A stretch of 64,000 bases of DNA from an uncultured Acidimicrobiaceae bacterium (GTDB lineage Bacteria > Actinomycetota > Acidimicrobiia > Acidimicrobiales > RAAP-2), in assembly GCA_963726005.1 (NCBI GenBank), contig CAVSAT010000004.1, positions 804,956-868,955 on the forward strand, read 5' to 3'. The translations under genes were made by a program, and so were the position numbers. Below the pieces are notes generated by a model. That model ran no database searches. It was not told where the DNA came from and was given only the letters and a program-made list of their open reading frames with translations. Numbering within the stretch: the first letter of the stretch is position 1; every line of letters starts with the position of its first letter. Below, in pieces: positions 49,596 through 57,840 of this stretch.

Positions 49596-50565
49596 ACCGG
49601 TAAGCGGCACAGGCCGCTGACTGGACTGGTTCGCAATTCGTCCATGACCGTCCCCCAGATTCCGCTCGAAATCAACGAAGGTTGATTTGCGGGGTCCAAC
49701 CGGAAGGCAGGCGTAGGAACCCTGCGCATTCGGCGCAACACTCTCGATAGTTGAGTAGGTGTCGCCAGGTCAGGTTGGCCAAACCGTGCCCGACGACCGA
49801 ACCACCGTGATTCAAGAGTTCAAGCCTGAACTCCTTCTCGTTTTACCGCATATGGCATCTTGAAACCCGGCCCCCGATCTCCGAGAACGACATACAAATG
49901 GCAAAACCCGCGGTCCGAGGCACCGGGCCATTCTGCCCCGCAATGTTGATCGGCCTGATTTAGGTTCAAGTTCCTCTACCAGGGAGTTTCGGTCCTGCAA
50001 CGAGGTTTGGAACGGGGACTTTGGGGAATGGAACTGCGGTCGTGGTCTCACAATGTCTTCGCTTCCCCGGTCAGCTTCAGCGTGCCCCTTCATGGGAAGC
50101 GCGTCAACGCCAAGCCCTCGACTTCTGCGAGCGTTCTCGCTGCGCCCTTATTACCGAGGTATCGAGGTATGAGCGGGGCAGCGATGGTTGGCAGTTGATC
50201 TCGGGAGCACTCGACTTCTGCAGCGAAGTTCCCCCGATCTTGGAGCAATCTCGAGACTGGTCGACGGCCTGGCGTTCAGTGGTGAATGCGTGCGGTCGCG
50301 TCCCATTGTTGGCAAATGCGGGCAAAAAGAAGCGAGCCCTTGGGAAGTCTCAGATGATGAACTACGTCGTGTCGGGTCTCCAGACCGGGCACGTCGTGGA
50401 CTTGCAATTGCCGCTTGGTCTTCCACCGTGCTGCCCCTGAACGTTGCCGTCAGTTCCCGGGCGTAGAACATGATCCAGCTTGAAGTCCTGTCAGAACGGC
50501 GTGAGGCATGACTGATCGTCCGGCGAACGCCAACGCGCGAACTGGGCACCTGGCGTCCATGACCG

Positions 50566-51402
50566 TTGGCTGGACATACTGCGTTCGTGGTGATCACTCA
50601 CGAATCTCACGAACAGATACTTGAGGCGATCAACGACAGAAGCCAAGACGTCGTCGACATCCTGAGGGGACTCGACGATAACGAGCTGCATCAGCCTTCT
50701 GAACTACCGCATTGGAGCCGCCTCGCGATCGCATGCCATCTTCGATTTGGGGCCGATGCACTGGCTCGAATGACGCGCTCCGCCTTGGAAGGTGAGCCGG
50801 TGGCGTACTACCCCGAAGGTCGTGAAGCACAGCGGGCCCGGACACTGGAGCCCCTCTCCGGCGAATCACCCCAAGGCGTGGTGGAGTCATTGGCACTTCT
50901 CAGTGAGGAACTCCACCAGGCATGGATCGCACTCGACGCCGGCGCCTGGACCGTGGACGTCGTCGAGCCCCCGCAGAACCCTGATCTCGGTCCCGTCTCT
51001 CTCGGCCGTCTTCCGCTCCTCAGACTCACTGAGGTCGAGGTGCACGGTTCCGACCTGGGGCTGAACTTGGCCGATTGGAGCGAGATCTTCGTCAACGTCG
51101 TGCTCCCGATGCGCCTTGAGTGGTTGAATATTCGCCGAACCAACCATCGAGCATTCGACACTGATCTCGAAGGCTCGTGGTTACTTGTGGCCACCGACGG
51201 ACCCACCCACAAGGTGCGCGTAAATGGTGCCGCCGTCGAGTCCCGACCGGCGAGTCCCGATGCTTCGGCGAGGGCAGTCATAGAAGCCAGCAGCCGCGAC
51301 CTTCTGGCCCTGCTCCTTGGCCGGACCCCCCATACTCCACCAGTTATCAGGGGCGATGTTGCCTTCGGGACATTCTTCCGCCGGGCGTTTCCTGGTCCTT
51401 AG
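50566..51402 (+). CDS. Maleylpyruvate isomerase family mycothiol-dependent enzyme (DinB/MDMPI_N plus C-terminal SCP2-like)
   Basis: PSELPHWSRLAIACHL and EVEVHGSDLG blocks are present. The start is uncertain (TTG 50566 or GTG 50587/50590). Confidence 0.75.
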   Translation: MAGHTAFVVITHESHEQILEAINDRSQDVVDILRGLDDNELHQPSELPHWSRLAIACHLRFGADALARMTRSALEGEPVAYYPEGREAQRARTLEPLSGESPQGVVESLALLSEELHQAWIALDAGAWTVDVVEPPQNPDLGPVSLGRLPLLRLTEVEVHGSDLGLNLADWSEIFVNVVLPMRLEWLNIRRTNHRAFDTDLEGSWLLVATDGPTHKVRVNGAAVESRPASPDASARAVIEASSRDLLALLLGRTPHTPPVIRGDVAFGTFFRRAFPGP

Positions 51403-51467
51403 GGTTTCTGAGCATCCCAAACGGCGGCAGGGACATTCAAGGGTGCGGCTGCAGCAGAATCGGTTGC

Positions 51468-52040
51468 ATGCGTCTGGGCATCGCACATCACTTCGGCTGG
51501 GCGGTTGCTGTCATGGCCTCAGCGGACCACCAGGTCGTCGACCGTCGGAGAGTCGAGTTGATCGGACCTGGTTTGCCGTCGGCACCGATCCACCACCAAG
51601 GTGGCCCACACCTCCTTCACCGATCGGCGGAGCCTCTCGACAACAACGCTCTTGCTGCGTTGGTGGCGGAAGTGCGAGCGTCGGTGATCCGGGCAACGTC
51701 GACGGCACTGGACACACTCGCGACCGCGTCGCCCGAACCGATCGTCTCGATCTCGCTTCGAGCATGGCCGGTTGACTTCCCCGAGGACATCGCCGTCCAA
51801 CGTCGCGTTCCATATGAGAGCCGCGCTGACTCCGTCATGTACTGTCAAGTGCTGGCCGCACTCGCACGCGCACGCGGCTGGGCGGTCCACCTCTACAACG
51901 CAAAGGACATCGAGGACGATGCTGCGCGCATCCTGGGTGAGCGAGCGGACGCGGTGCTTCACGGACCGCGGGCAACTTTGGGACCACCGTGGTCCAAGGA
52001 TCATCGCATCGCGCTCGCTGCAACGATCGTGCTCGCTTGA
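51468..52040 (+). CDS. Hypothetical protein (190 aa)
   Basis: ATG 51468. Balanced composition: MRLGIAHHFGWAVAVMASAD...PPWSKDHRIALAATIVLA. The upstream part of track ORF 51177..52040 is Arg/Pro-rich shadow sequence. Confidence 0.55.
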   Translation: MRLGIAHHFGWAVAVMASADHQVVDRRRVELIGPGLPSAPIHHQGGPHLLHRSAEPLDNNALAALVAEVRASVIRATSTALDTLATASPEPIVSISLRAWPVDFPEDIAVQRRVPYESRADSVMYCQVLAALARARGWAVHLYNAKDIEDDAARILGERADAVLHGPRATLGPPWSKDHRIALAATIVLA

Positions 52041-52093
52041 ATCAGCACCGGGAGACGCCGATCCGGCGAGGGGACGGCTGCCCTTCGGCGACC

Positions 52094-52276
52094 TTACGTG
52101 GTCGACTTTCGTCCTATGTGGTTCTCCCGCAACCTCTCGGCGGTCAAGCGGGACTCCAGGGGCATTTGGATCCCGATGGGGAGCTGATGGTGGCGCGAGG
52201 CGTCACACTCGGGGCAAGTCAGTACCCAGCGCCCGTCTGCTGTTGACGAAATGTTCGGATTATGTGGAGTCCGCAA
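52094..52276 (-). CDS. Small hypothetical protein (60 aa) with CPEC...HH
   Basis: TTG start with AGGAAGGA about 11 nt upstream. Contains GRWVLTCPECDASRHHQ. Confidence 0.3.
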   Translation of the reverse strand: MRTPHNPNISSTADGRWVLTCPECDASRHHQLPIGIQMPLESRLTAERLRENHIGRKSTT

Positions 52277-52344
52277 TTTTCAGAGTCCTTCCTGAGAGGC
52301 GGTCGTTCTTGGCCAACCCCTGGTCACTGCTGTGGTCGGGCTTG

Positions 52345-52707
52345 TTACCAGTTATCCAACGCATGGGAGTGGATTTCGATAATCGCCATCAGGTTGCTCA
52401 AGCGGTCGAATACCGCATCGATGTCGCCAGAAGGATGAGTGATCGCCCGCTGAGCGGTCAGCGCGACTTCGCCGCAGGTCCTCAACATGGTGGCAACTCG
52501 TGATCCGAGTTCCAAATCCGGGCACGCGTTCGTCGCGATCCAGGCCGTCGCATCCCTGGCGGCCGCTCCCAGCTCGTCCGACGCCGCCAGCACGGTGAGT
52601 TCGTTCACCTTCAACGACGCTGAGAACCGGCGCTCTGCGCTCGTCACGCATCTCAGGCAGGGTGTTGCCTTGATGAGCCAGTGCTGTGCAGTTAGTTCTC
52701 TATCCAT
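52345..52707 (-). CDS. Hypothetical helical protein (120 aa)
   Basis: ATG start and non-shadow composition. I recognised no family. Confidence 0.5.
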   Translation of the reverse strand: MDRELTAQHWLIKATPCLRCVTSAERRFSASLKVNELTVLAASDELGAAARDATAWIATNACPDLELGSRVATMLRTCGEVALTAQRAITHPSGDIDAVFDRLSNLMAIIEIHSHALDNW

Positions 52708-53105
52708 GGACCTAGGCGAGCTCTTCAGGGCGTCTGGCTGTCATAGTCGCTGATCGAGCACGGTTGCACAATGGGTGTGATTGATGATCGCCAGGACCTG
52801 CGGCGATGTGGAGCGCGCGTCGGTAATCCTTCAAGCGGGGTTCGCGGAATCGTCACGTCGCATGTCCGGTCGTCACGCCGCATCCAACGGTTTGGGCGGT
52901 GTGCCCGGTTCAGTCGGGTCGGCTCCGTTTCGGCGAAGTTTGGGGTGTCAGCATCCAGACGTAGCAGCGGTGGCGATCCCAGGACCACGGAGTCGTCGTC
53001 GCCGGCCCTCGCCTCACACTCGTCTCACGACACCCGGGTCGGGCGCCAGCTGCCGTCGCTTCCCTTGCTGCGGTTGGTGCTGCCGTCTCCAACCCCCCGA
53101 TAGGG

Positions 53106-53402
53106 GTGGTCACGTTCGGGACAACAGTTCAAGATGACGCCATGACTCAACAGCACGGGTGGATCAGCTACACGGGCAGCAGCGACAACTCACATCTATC
53201 CGAGGAACACCGACAGATGGCGGAGGAGCGAGTCCGCCTCAGGGGTCAACTACTGGGTGTCGTCCAGGTGAGGGTGTTCGAAAATGGGTGCGAACCCTTC
53301 GTCACATTCCCTCAGGGTGCGGTTCTCGGGGTTGAGACTGATCAATCGGTGATTGCGAAGATGGTCGCGAGGGCTCGCACTGAGCTGGTCGACTGGCGGT
53401 AG
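53106..53402 (+). CDS. Small hypothetical protein (86-98 aa)
   Basis: MTQQHGWISYTGSSDNSHLSEEHRQMAEERVRL... has balanced composition. The start is GTG 53106 or ATG 53142. Confidence 0.45.
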   Translation: MVTFGTTVQDDAMTQQHGWISYTGSSDNSHLSEEHRQMAEERVRLRGQLLGVVQVRVFENGCEPFVTFPQGAVLGVETDQSVIAKMVARARTELVDWR

Positions 53403-53462
53403 GCAGGCGCTCCGACCTGGACCGGTCCCGACAGCTCCAGTTCACCCACACGGGGCGGCGGC

Positions 53463-53681
53463 GTGGAAGAGCGTCTTTGGGCGTTACAGCTTTTGCATTT
53501 TCAGACTATGACCACGGACCAAGCAGTTTGCCGAGCGATCAGCCTGGGATGTCCGGCGCGCCACAATCACATGGCCCGCGCAACGATGGGCCACGATCCG
53601 GAGTGTGCCGGGATGGATGACCACGTTCACCTTGTCTGCGGCTATCCCGACTGTCTCAACACATGGGTGGTACCGATTTAA
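53463..53681 (+). CDS. Small Cys/His-rich hypothetical protein (57-72 aa)
   Basis: Contains CPARHNH...HDPEC...HVHLVCGYPDC. The start is GTG 53463 or ATG 53508. Confidence 0.35.
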   Translation: MEERLWALQLLHFQTMTTDQAVCRAISLGCPARHNHMARATMGHDPECAGMDDHVHLVCGYPDCLNTWVVPI

Positions 53682-53896
53682 GCTCTGCTGCCATGCCAGC
53701 TCATGACGTCACGATGAACCTGTCCCACCCGATCACCGTAATGAACGTGGACGTGGAGTTCGAGGTCCGCTCTGACGGCGAGTTGATGGGGAAGGTCCAG
53801 ATCAGCAAAGGCGGTATCGACTGGACACCGTTCAAGTCTCATCCGCGCACAGCGACCTGGGAGCAGTTCTCCGCTTGGATGGAGGGAACCGCCTAG
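53663..53896 (+). CDS. Small hypothetical protein (67-77 aa)
   Basis: Contains NVDVEFEVRSDGELMGKVQISKGGIDWTPFKSHPRTATWEQFSAWMEG. The start is ATG 53663 or 53693. Confidence 0.45.
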   Translation: MGGTDLSSAAMPAHDVTMNLSHPITVMNVDVEFEVRSDGELMGKVQISKGGIDWTPFKSHPRTATWEQFSAWMEGTA

Positions 53897-53949
53897 ACCG
53901 CAGGTGCGCCCATTCGTTGGATGTCGTGATCCGCTGTGTCAGTGACTGA

Positions 53950-54726
53950 TCAGGATGTCTGAGGCACATAGGTCGGCGGGCTTCGCGTCAAAAAATCTCC
54001 CTCGATCGGCACGCAGAGAGGGGCAATCTTCTTTGGCAGCGTGCAGGAGAGTAACGAGATGTTCACGCTCGAGGAGTTTGAGAAGGCCAGCTGCGGATAC
54101 ACCACGGCACCGATCGAGGTGAGGGACCCGCCTGACCCTGTGCCAGTTCCTACGGTGCCAGGTGGGTCGCTGAACGCTACGACATCCGATGTCAGCTGCT
54201 TCGTGTTCTCCGTGGGAGACGTCGGAGGACACGTTTCCCCGCCGGACGAAGCAAAGGAGGCAGCGGCTGAGTGCGGAAAGAGCGCGCACACGAGATCGGC
54301 ACCCGGAATGTGACCGGTGTATTCACCTTGAACCTCCACGAGCGACGCGCCCTTGGGCGCGATGGATTGCGAATAATCAGCACTTCCAGGTGGGAAGACA
54401 TCGAGCTTTTGGCCGCCATCGGCTGCGACCAACGCTTCGCACGCCCAACCCGACGGGCCGAGGACAGTCATCAAGCCATTCGAGTAGAACCTGAGTCCCT
54501 TCGCTGAACCGCTAGCGGTCAATTGCCGGGCCACGAAGGGCTCTCCGGGCGAGCCGGCGCCGTAAGTCGTCTTACAGGAGATGACGGGCAGGACGATAAA
54601 CGGTGGTGACGATCCCGTTCGTTGCTTGGCGGTGCGATGTCCCGAAGCGCTGACTGGTGCGGCCAGCTGGCACAGCGCGACGATCGTCAGGATCGAAACA
54701 ATCACCGGGTTGAGGCTGCGTCTCAT
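53950..54726 (-). CDS. Secreted Cys-containing hypothetical protein (258 aa)
   Basis: ATG 54726 gives the signal peptide MRRSLNPVIVSILTIVALCQLAAPVSASG. The mature part has 6 Cys and Gly/Ser/Thr-rich loops. Confidence 0.65.
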   Translation of the reverse strand: MRRSLNPVIVSILTIVALCQLAAPVSASGHRTAKQRTGSSPPFIVLPVISCKTTYGAGSPGEPFVARQLTASGSAKGLRFYSNGLMTVLGPSGWACEALVAADGGQKLDVFPPGSADYSQSIAPKGASLVEVQGEYTGHIPGADLVCALFPHSAAASFASSGGETCPPTSPTENTKQLTSDVVAFSDPPGTVGTGTGSGGSLTSIGAVVYPQLAFSNSSSVNISLLSCTLPKKIAPLCVPIEGDFLTRSPPTYVPQTS

Positions 54727-54926
54727 GCACGGAGCGTAGTAATGAGCGCCTGGGGGGGATAGGGAACCTCTGCAACACCGGCCGGCTTCACACTTGGACC
54801 ACGGACGCCGACTGGCTCGGAGTTGGGGATGCCTCAGTTCGCCGTTCGTGTGCACACGCGGAACATCTAAGCGGCGTCGGGTCCCACCAGCTAACCTTGA
54901 TCCTCACGCGACCCGAGGAGGCGCCA

Positions 54927-55538
54927 ATGCAAGATATGAACTCCTCCTATCCGGCGAATTTCAGCTTCGACGCCCCAGAGAAGGTCGCCAACTGGCGACC
55001 GATTGTCAACTGGTTGCTTGCGATCCCACATCTCGTGATCCTCTACGGATTGAGGATCCTCGCGCAGGTAGTCGGCGTCATTTCTTGGTTTACGGTCCTC
55101 TTCACCGGCGAACTCCCGGAGAGCTTCGCCAACATCCAAGCGATGTATATGCGATATGAACTCCGTACGTACACGTTCTTCCTATTCATGTGCGAGGAGT
55201 ACCCGCCCTTCGCCTTTGGAATGACGCCGACCGACAGTGGTGAGGACGCCCGCGTACGGGTCGAGTTCCAGCCTCAGCTCGATGATCGCAACCGCCTCAC
55301 CGTCGCGTTCCGGATCATCCTCGTTATTCCGCACCTCATCGCACTGTTTGTGCTGGAGATCGTTGCGACGATCATGACCGTAATCGCTTTGTTCGTTGTG
55401 CTCTTCACGGGCCGGTGGCCCGAAGGAATGCGAGCTTTCGTCCTCAACGTCATGCGCTGGTATCTGCGCGTTCAGACCTACTATTTGCTACTCACGGACG
55501 AGTATCCGCCATTTGAACTCGAACCACAGGCCCCATAG
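54927..55538 (+). CDS. DUF4389 domain membrane protein
   Basis: ATG 54927 sits behind GAGGAGG. There are two repeats of the IPHL(V/I)xL...LFTG(E/R)xPE...YPPF pattern. Confidence 0.8.
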   Translation: MQDMNSSYPANFSFDAPEKVANWRPIVNWLLAIPHLVILYGLRILAQVVGVISWFTVLFTGELPESFANIQAMYMRYELRTYTFFLFMCEEYPPFAFGMTPTDSGEDARVRVEFQPQLDDRNRLTVAFRIILVIPHLIALFVLEIVATIMTVIALFVVLFTGRWPEGMRAFVLNVMRWYLRVQTYYLLLTDEYPPFELEPQAP

Positions 55539-55546
55539 CCCGCGCC

Positions 55547-55582
55547 GTCACCGTCCGGTTCGCCGGGACGGTGACTTATATT
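55547..55582 (+). terminator. Rho-independent terminator (GTCACCGTCC, 9-nt loop, GGACGGTGAC, then TTATATT)
   Basis: Read directly from the sequence, 9 nt after the DUF4389 stop. Confidence 0.6.
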
Positions 55583-55624
55583 CGGCGCCTCGAACCACGG
55601 AGTGGTGGAAGCCGCGATGCCGAG

Positions 55625-55649
55625 GAGGTCGCAAGGCGACCTCGCTTTT
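55625..55649 (+). terminator. Second hairpin GAGGTCGC-AAG-GCGACCTC followed by GCTTTT
   Basis: Read directly from the sequence, 43 nt downstream of the first terminator. Confidence 0.4.
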
Positions 55650-55879
55650 GGTAGCTGACCCGAGGGGAGCCACCCGCCGGCGCTTTGTTGCGCCTCAATC
55701 TTCACTTTTCCGGCAAGAGGATCTCGACAGTTGTCCGCCTGGACCCCAAGACGAGTAGTCCAGTGCGCCGCCACGTCGGCACGACAGAGCTCCGATAACC
55801 AACCCAAGGACAAGTCTCGCCCCCTCCGCCGGTAGCCTGAGCTGGCGCGTCCTTCGCAGCAGGAAAGGAGGTTGGCCCG

Positions 55880-56413
55880 TTGCCTGCTTGCTCCCGATGC
55901 CTAGTTGAGGTGTCCTTGGGGACGGCACTTTGTCCCAAGTGCGGGGCCGCCATTAGGCCGCCCGTCATGCCACGACCGACGACACCGAAGCGATTCGGGA
56001 AGTCGCGACAACGGGTGAACGCACTGAACCAGAGAGAATGGATCGTCGGCCCCGCCACCTTGGTCCTTCTGGTCTCGTTCTGGCTGCCTTGGTACAGCAT
56101 CGGTCCCTTCTCTGCCGATGGACTGAGTGCTCACGGCTGGTTGTTCATCGCAGTGCTGGACTCGATTGTGCTGGTGCTCTATGTCGTGATCACCGCGTTC
56201 GGCCTCGGCGACCTCGCGGTACAGGGCCGTATGTCCAAGGATCAGGTCCTAGCCCTCATCACCGGAGTGAATCTGGCCCTGGTGGTGCTGGGGGTCGTCC
56301 TCAAGCCAGCCGGCTTCAGCTGGTCGTGGGGCTCCTTTCTCGCCCTGGCCTCCGCGATCGTGGCTTTTGTGCCCTTTGGCATCCCCCTCATTCAGGCCCA
56401 ACGCCGACGCTGA
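55880..56413 (+). CDS. Zinc-ribbon (CxxC...CxxC) N-terminal domain membrane protein
   Basis: TTG 55880 lies 8 nt after GGAAAGGAGG. Contains CSRCLVEVSLGTALCPKCG followed by 4 TM helices. Confidence 0.65.
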   Translation: MPACSRCLVEVSLGTALCPKCGAAIRPPVMPRPTTPKRFGKSRQRVNALNQREWIVGPATLVLLVSFWLPWYSIGPFSADGLSAHGWLFIAVLDSIVLVLYVVITAFGLGDLAVQGRMSKDQVLALITGVNLALVVLGVVLKPAGFSWSWGSFLALASAIVAFVPFGIPLIQAQRRR

Positions 56414-56579
56414 TCCATGCCCCCTATAGCCGGGCTCGGGTGCGCTGACCGCCACTTCGTGCCGTGTGGGACGACTAAGCGCGAACTTGCCTGGGAGCCT
56501 GTGGCTGTAATTCGCTAGTTCCCAATATTGCGCAGGTCCGTCGCCAAGGTTGATGACATGGAAATGTGGAAGGTCCCGC

Positions 56580-57614
56580 TCAGCGACGGCGCAGCCGCGC
56601 ATCCGCAAGTGCGGGCGAGGAGGCGAGATAGTTGTCGTCGGGATTGAGCTCCGATCCCGGGGGGACGATCTCGTCGATGCGGTCGAGGAGCCCGTCACTG
56701 AGCGCGACATTGGCCCCCGCCAGGTGGTCGTCAAGCTGCTCAGGTGTCCGGGGCCCGATGATCACCGAGGTAACAGCCGGATGAGATCTGACAAAGGCTG
56801 TGGCCAGGTGCGTGAGTGGGAGCCCGGCCTCGGCGGCCAGGTCGCTGAGCGCGCGGACGGCCTCCAGCTTGGCCTGATTGGCTGGGACGTTCAGGTCGAA
56901 TGCCCGGGGGGCGGTGGTTGACCGATGGCCCCGAGTGGGATCGGTCCGTCCCGACAACCATCCGCTGCTCAGCGGACCGTAGGACAACACGCCCATGCCG
57001 TGACGCTGGGCGACCGGGAGCACCGTGCCCTCGATGGTCCGAGTAAGGATTGAGTAGCGGGGCTGCTCGGTTCGGAATCGGTGATGGCCGCGACGCTCGG
57101 CCACCCATTGCGCCTCCACGACGAGGTCGGCCGGAAAGGTGGAAGAGCCGATGGCGCGGACCTTTCCCGCCCGGATCAGGTCGGACAGGGCACCCAGGGT
57201 CTCGTCGAGATCGGTGCTGTAGTCGGGCCGGTGCAGCTGGTAAAGATCGATGTAGTCCGTGCCAAGGCGCCGGAGGCTGGCTTCGACTGCCCGAGTGATC
57301 CAGCGGGGCGATCCACCTTGCCGGTTGGGGTCGCTACCTACTGGGAGTCCGAACTTGGTTGCCAGCACCACCTCATCGCGACGTCCGGCTAGAGCCTTCC
57401 CGACGATCTCCTCCGACTCGCCCCGGGAATAGACGTCGGCGGTGTCCACGAAGTTGATACCGGCGTCCAGCGCCGTATGGATCATACGGATCGACTCGCC
57501 ATGGTCGGTGTTGCCCATGGCCCCCAGCATCATCGTCCCGAGCGCGAACCCGCTGACCGAAATACCTGTACCACCGAGGATTCGGCGCTCCATTCCTTCT
57601 CCTTCGTCGGCCAC
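56580..57614 (-). CDS. Aldo/keto reductase
   Basis: INFVDTADVYSRGESEE, LATKF and IGSSTF blocks are present. Confidence 0.9.
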   Translation of the reverse strand: MADEGEGMERRILGGTGISVSGFALGTMMLGAMGNTDHGESIRMIHTALDAGINFVDTADVYSRGESEEIVGKALAGRRDEVVLATKFGLPVGSDPNRQGGSPRWITRAVEASLRRLGTDYIDLYQLHRPDYSTDLDETLGALSDLIRAGKVRAIGSSTFPADLVVEAQWVAERRGHHRFRTEQPRYSILTRTIEGTVLPVAQRHGMGVLSYGPLSSGWLSGRTDPTRGHRSTTAPRAFDLNVPANQAKLEAVRALSDLAAEAGLPLTHLATAFVRSHPAVTSVIIGPRTPEQLDDHLAGANVALSDGLLDRIDEIVPPGSELNPDDNYLASSPALADARLRRR

Positions 57615-57840
57615 GGACTCCCGTTTTAACAGCCAGAAGGCACGCGGCAGGCTGTAGGAATTCCCGACCAGAGCGGCGCCGTCGCGACCGACGTCGGTTG
57701 GAGTGAGTTATGAACGGAGTGACGAAACGGAATTCTCGACCGATTACATCGATCGATACCGTCCCAGTCGCCGCGTAGGCGAGAGACTTGGGACCATGGG
57801 AACAGCGGGCCGCGGGTTTCGGGGATAGGGGGATAGAACT

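Noticed and set aside
49963-49971. A tRNA-like T-loop word GGTTCAAGT, considered as a possible tRNA or tRNA 3' fragment marking an integration site.
   Set aside because: The flanking bases do not form a T-stem (TTAGG versus TCCTC). Position 61 would be T rather than C. No acceptor or anticodon arms could be folded from the upstream 70 nt.
50155-50170. Short tandem repeats (CGAGGTAT x2 here, the 21-bp x2 repeat at 16281 and the 11-bp x2 repeat at 46363), considered as possible CRISPR or minisatellite arrays.
   Set aside because: Only two or three copies are present, with no spacer-repeat architecture and no cas genes. These are not CRISPR arrays.
50021-50440. The 139-aa ORF considered as a real gene.
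   Set aside because: It has no ribosome-binding site, no recognisable domain and mixed third-position composition, and it sits in an otherwise ORF-free stretch. It is kept only as part of the finding on that region.
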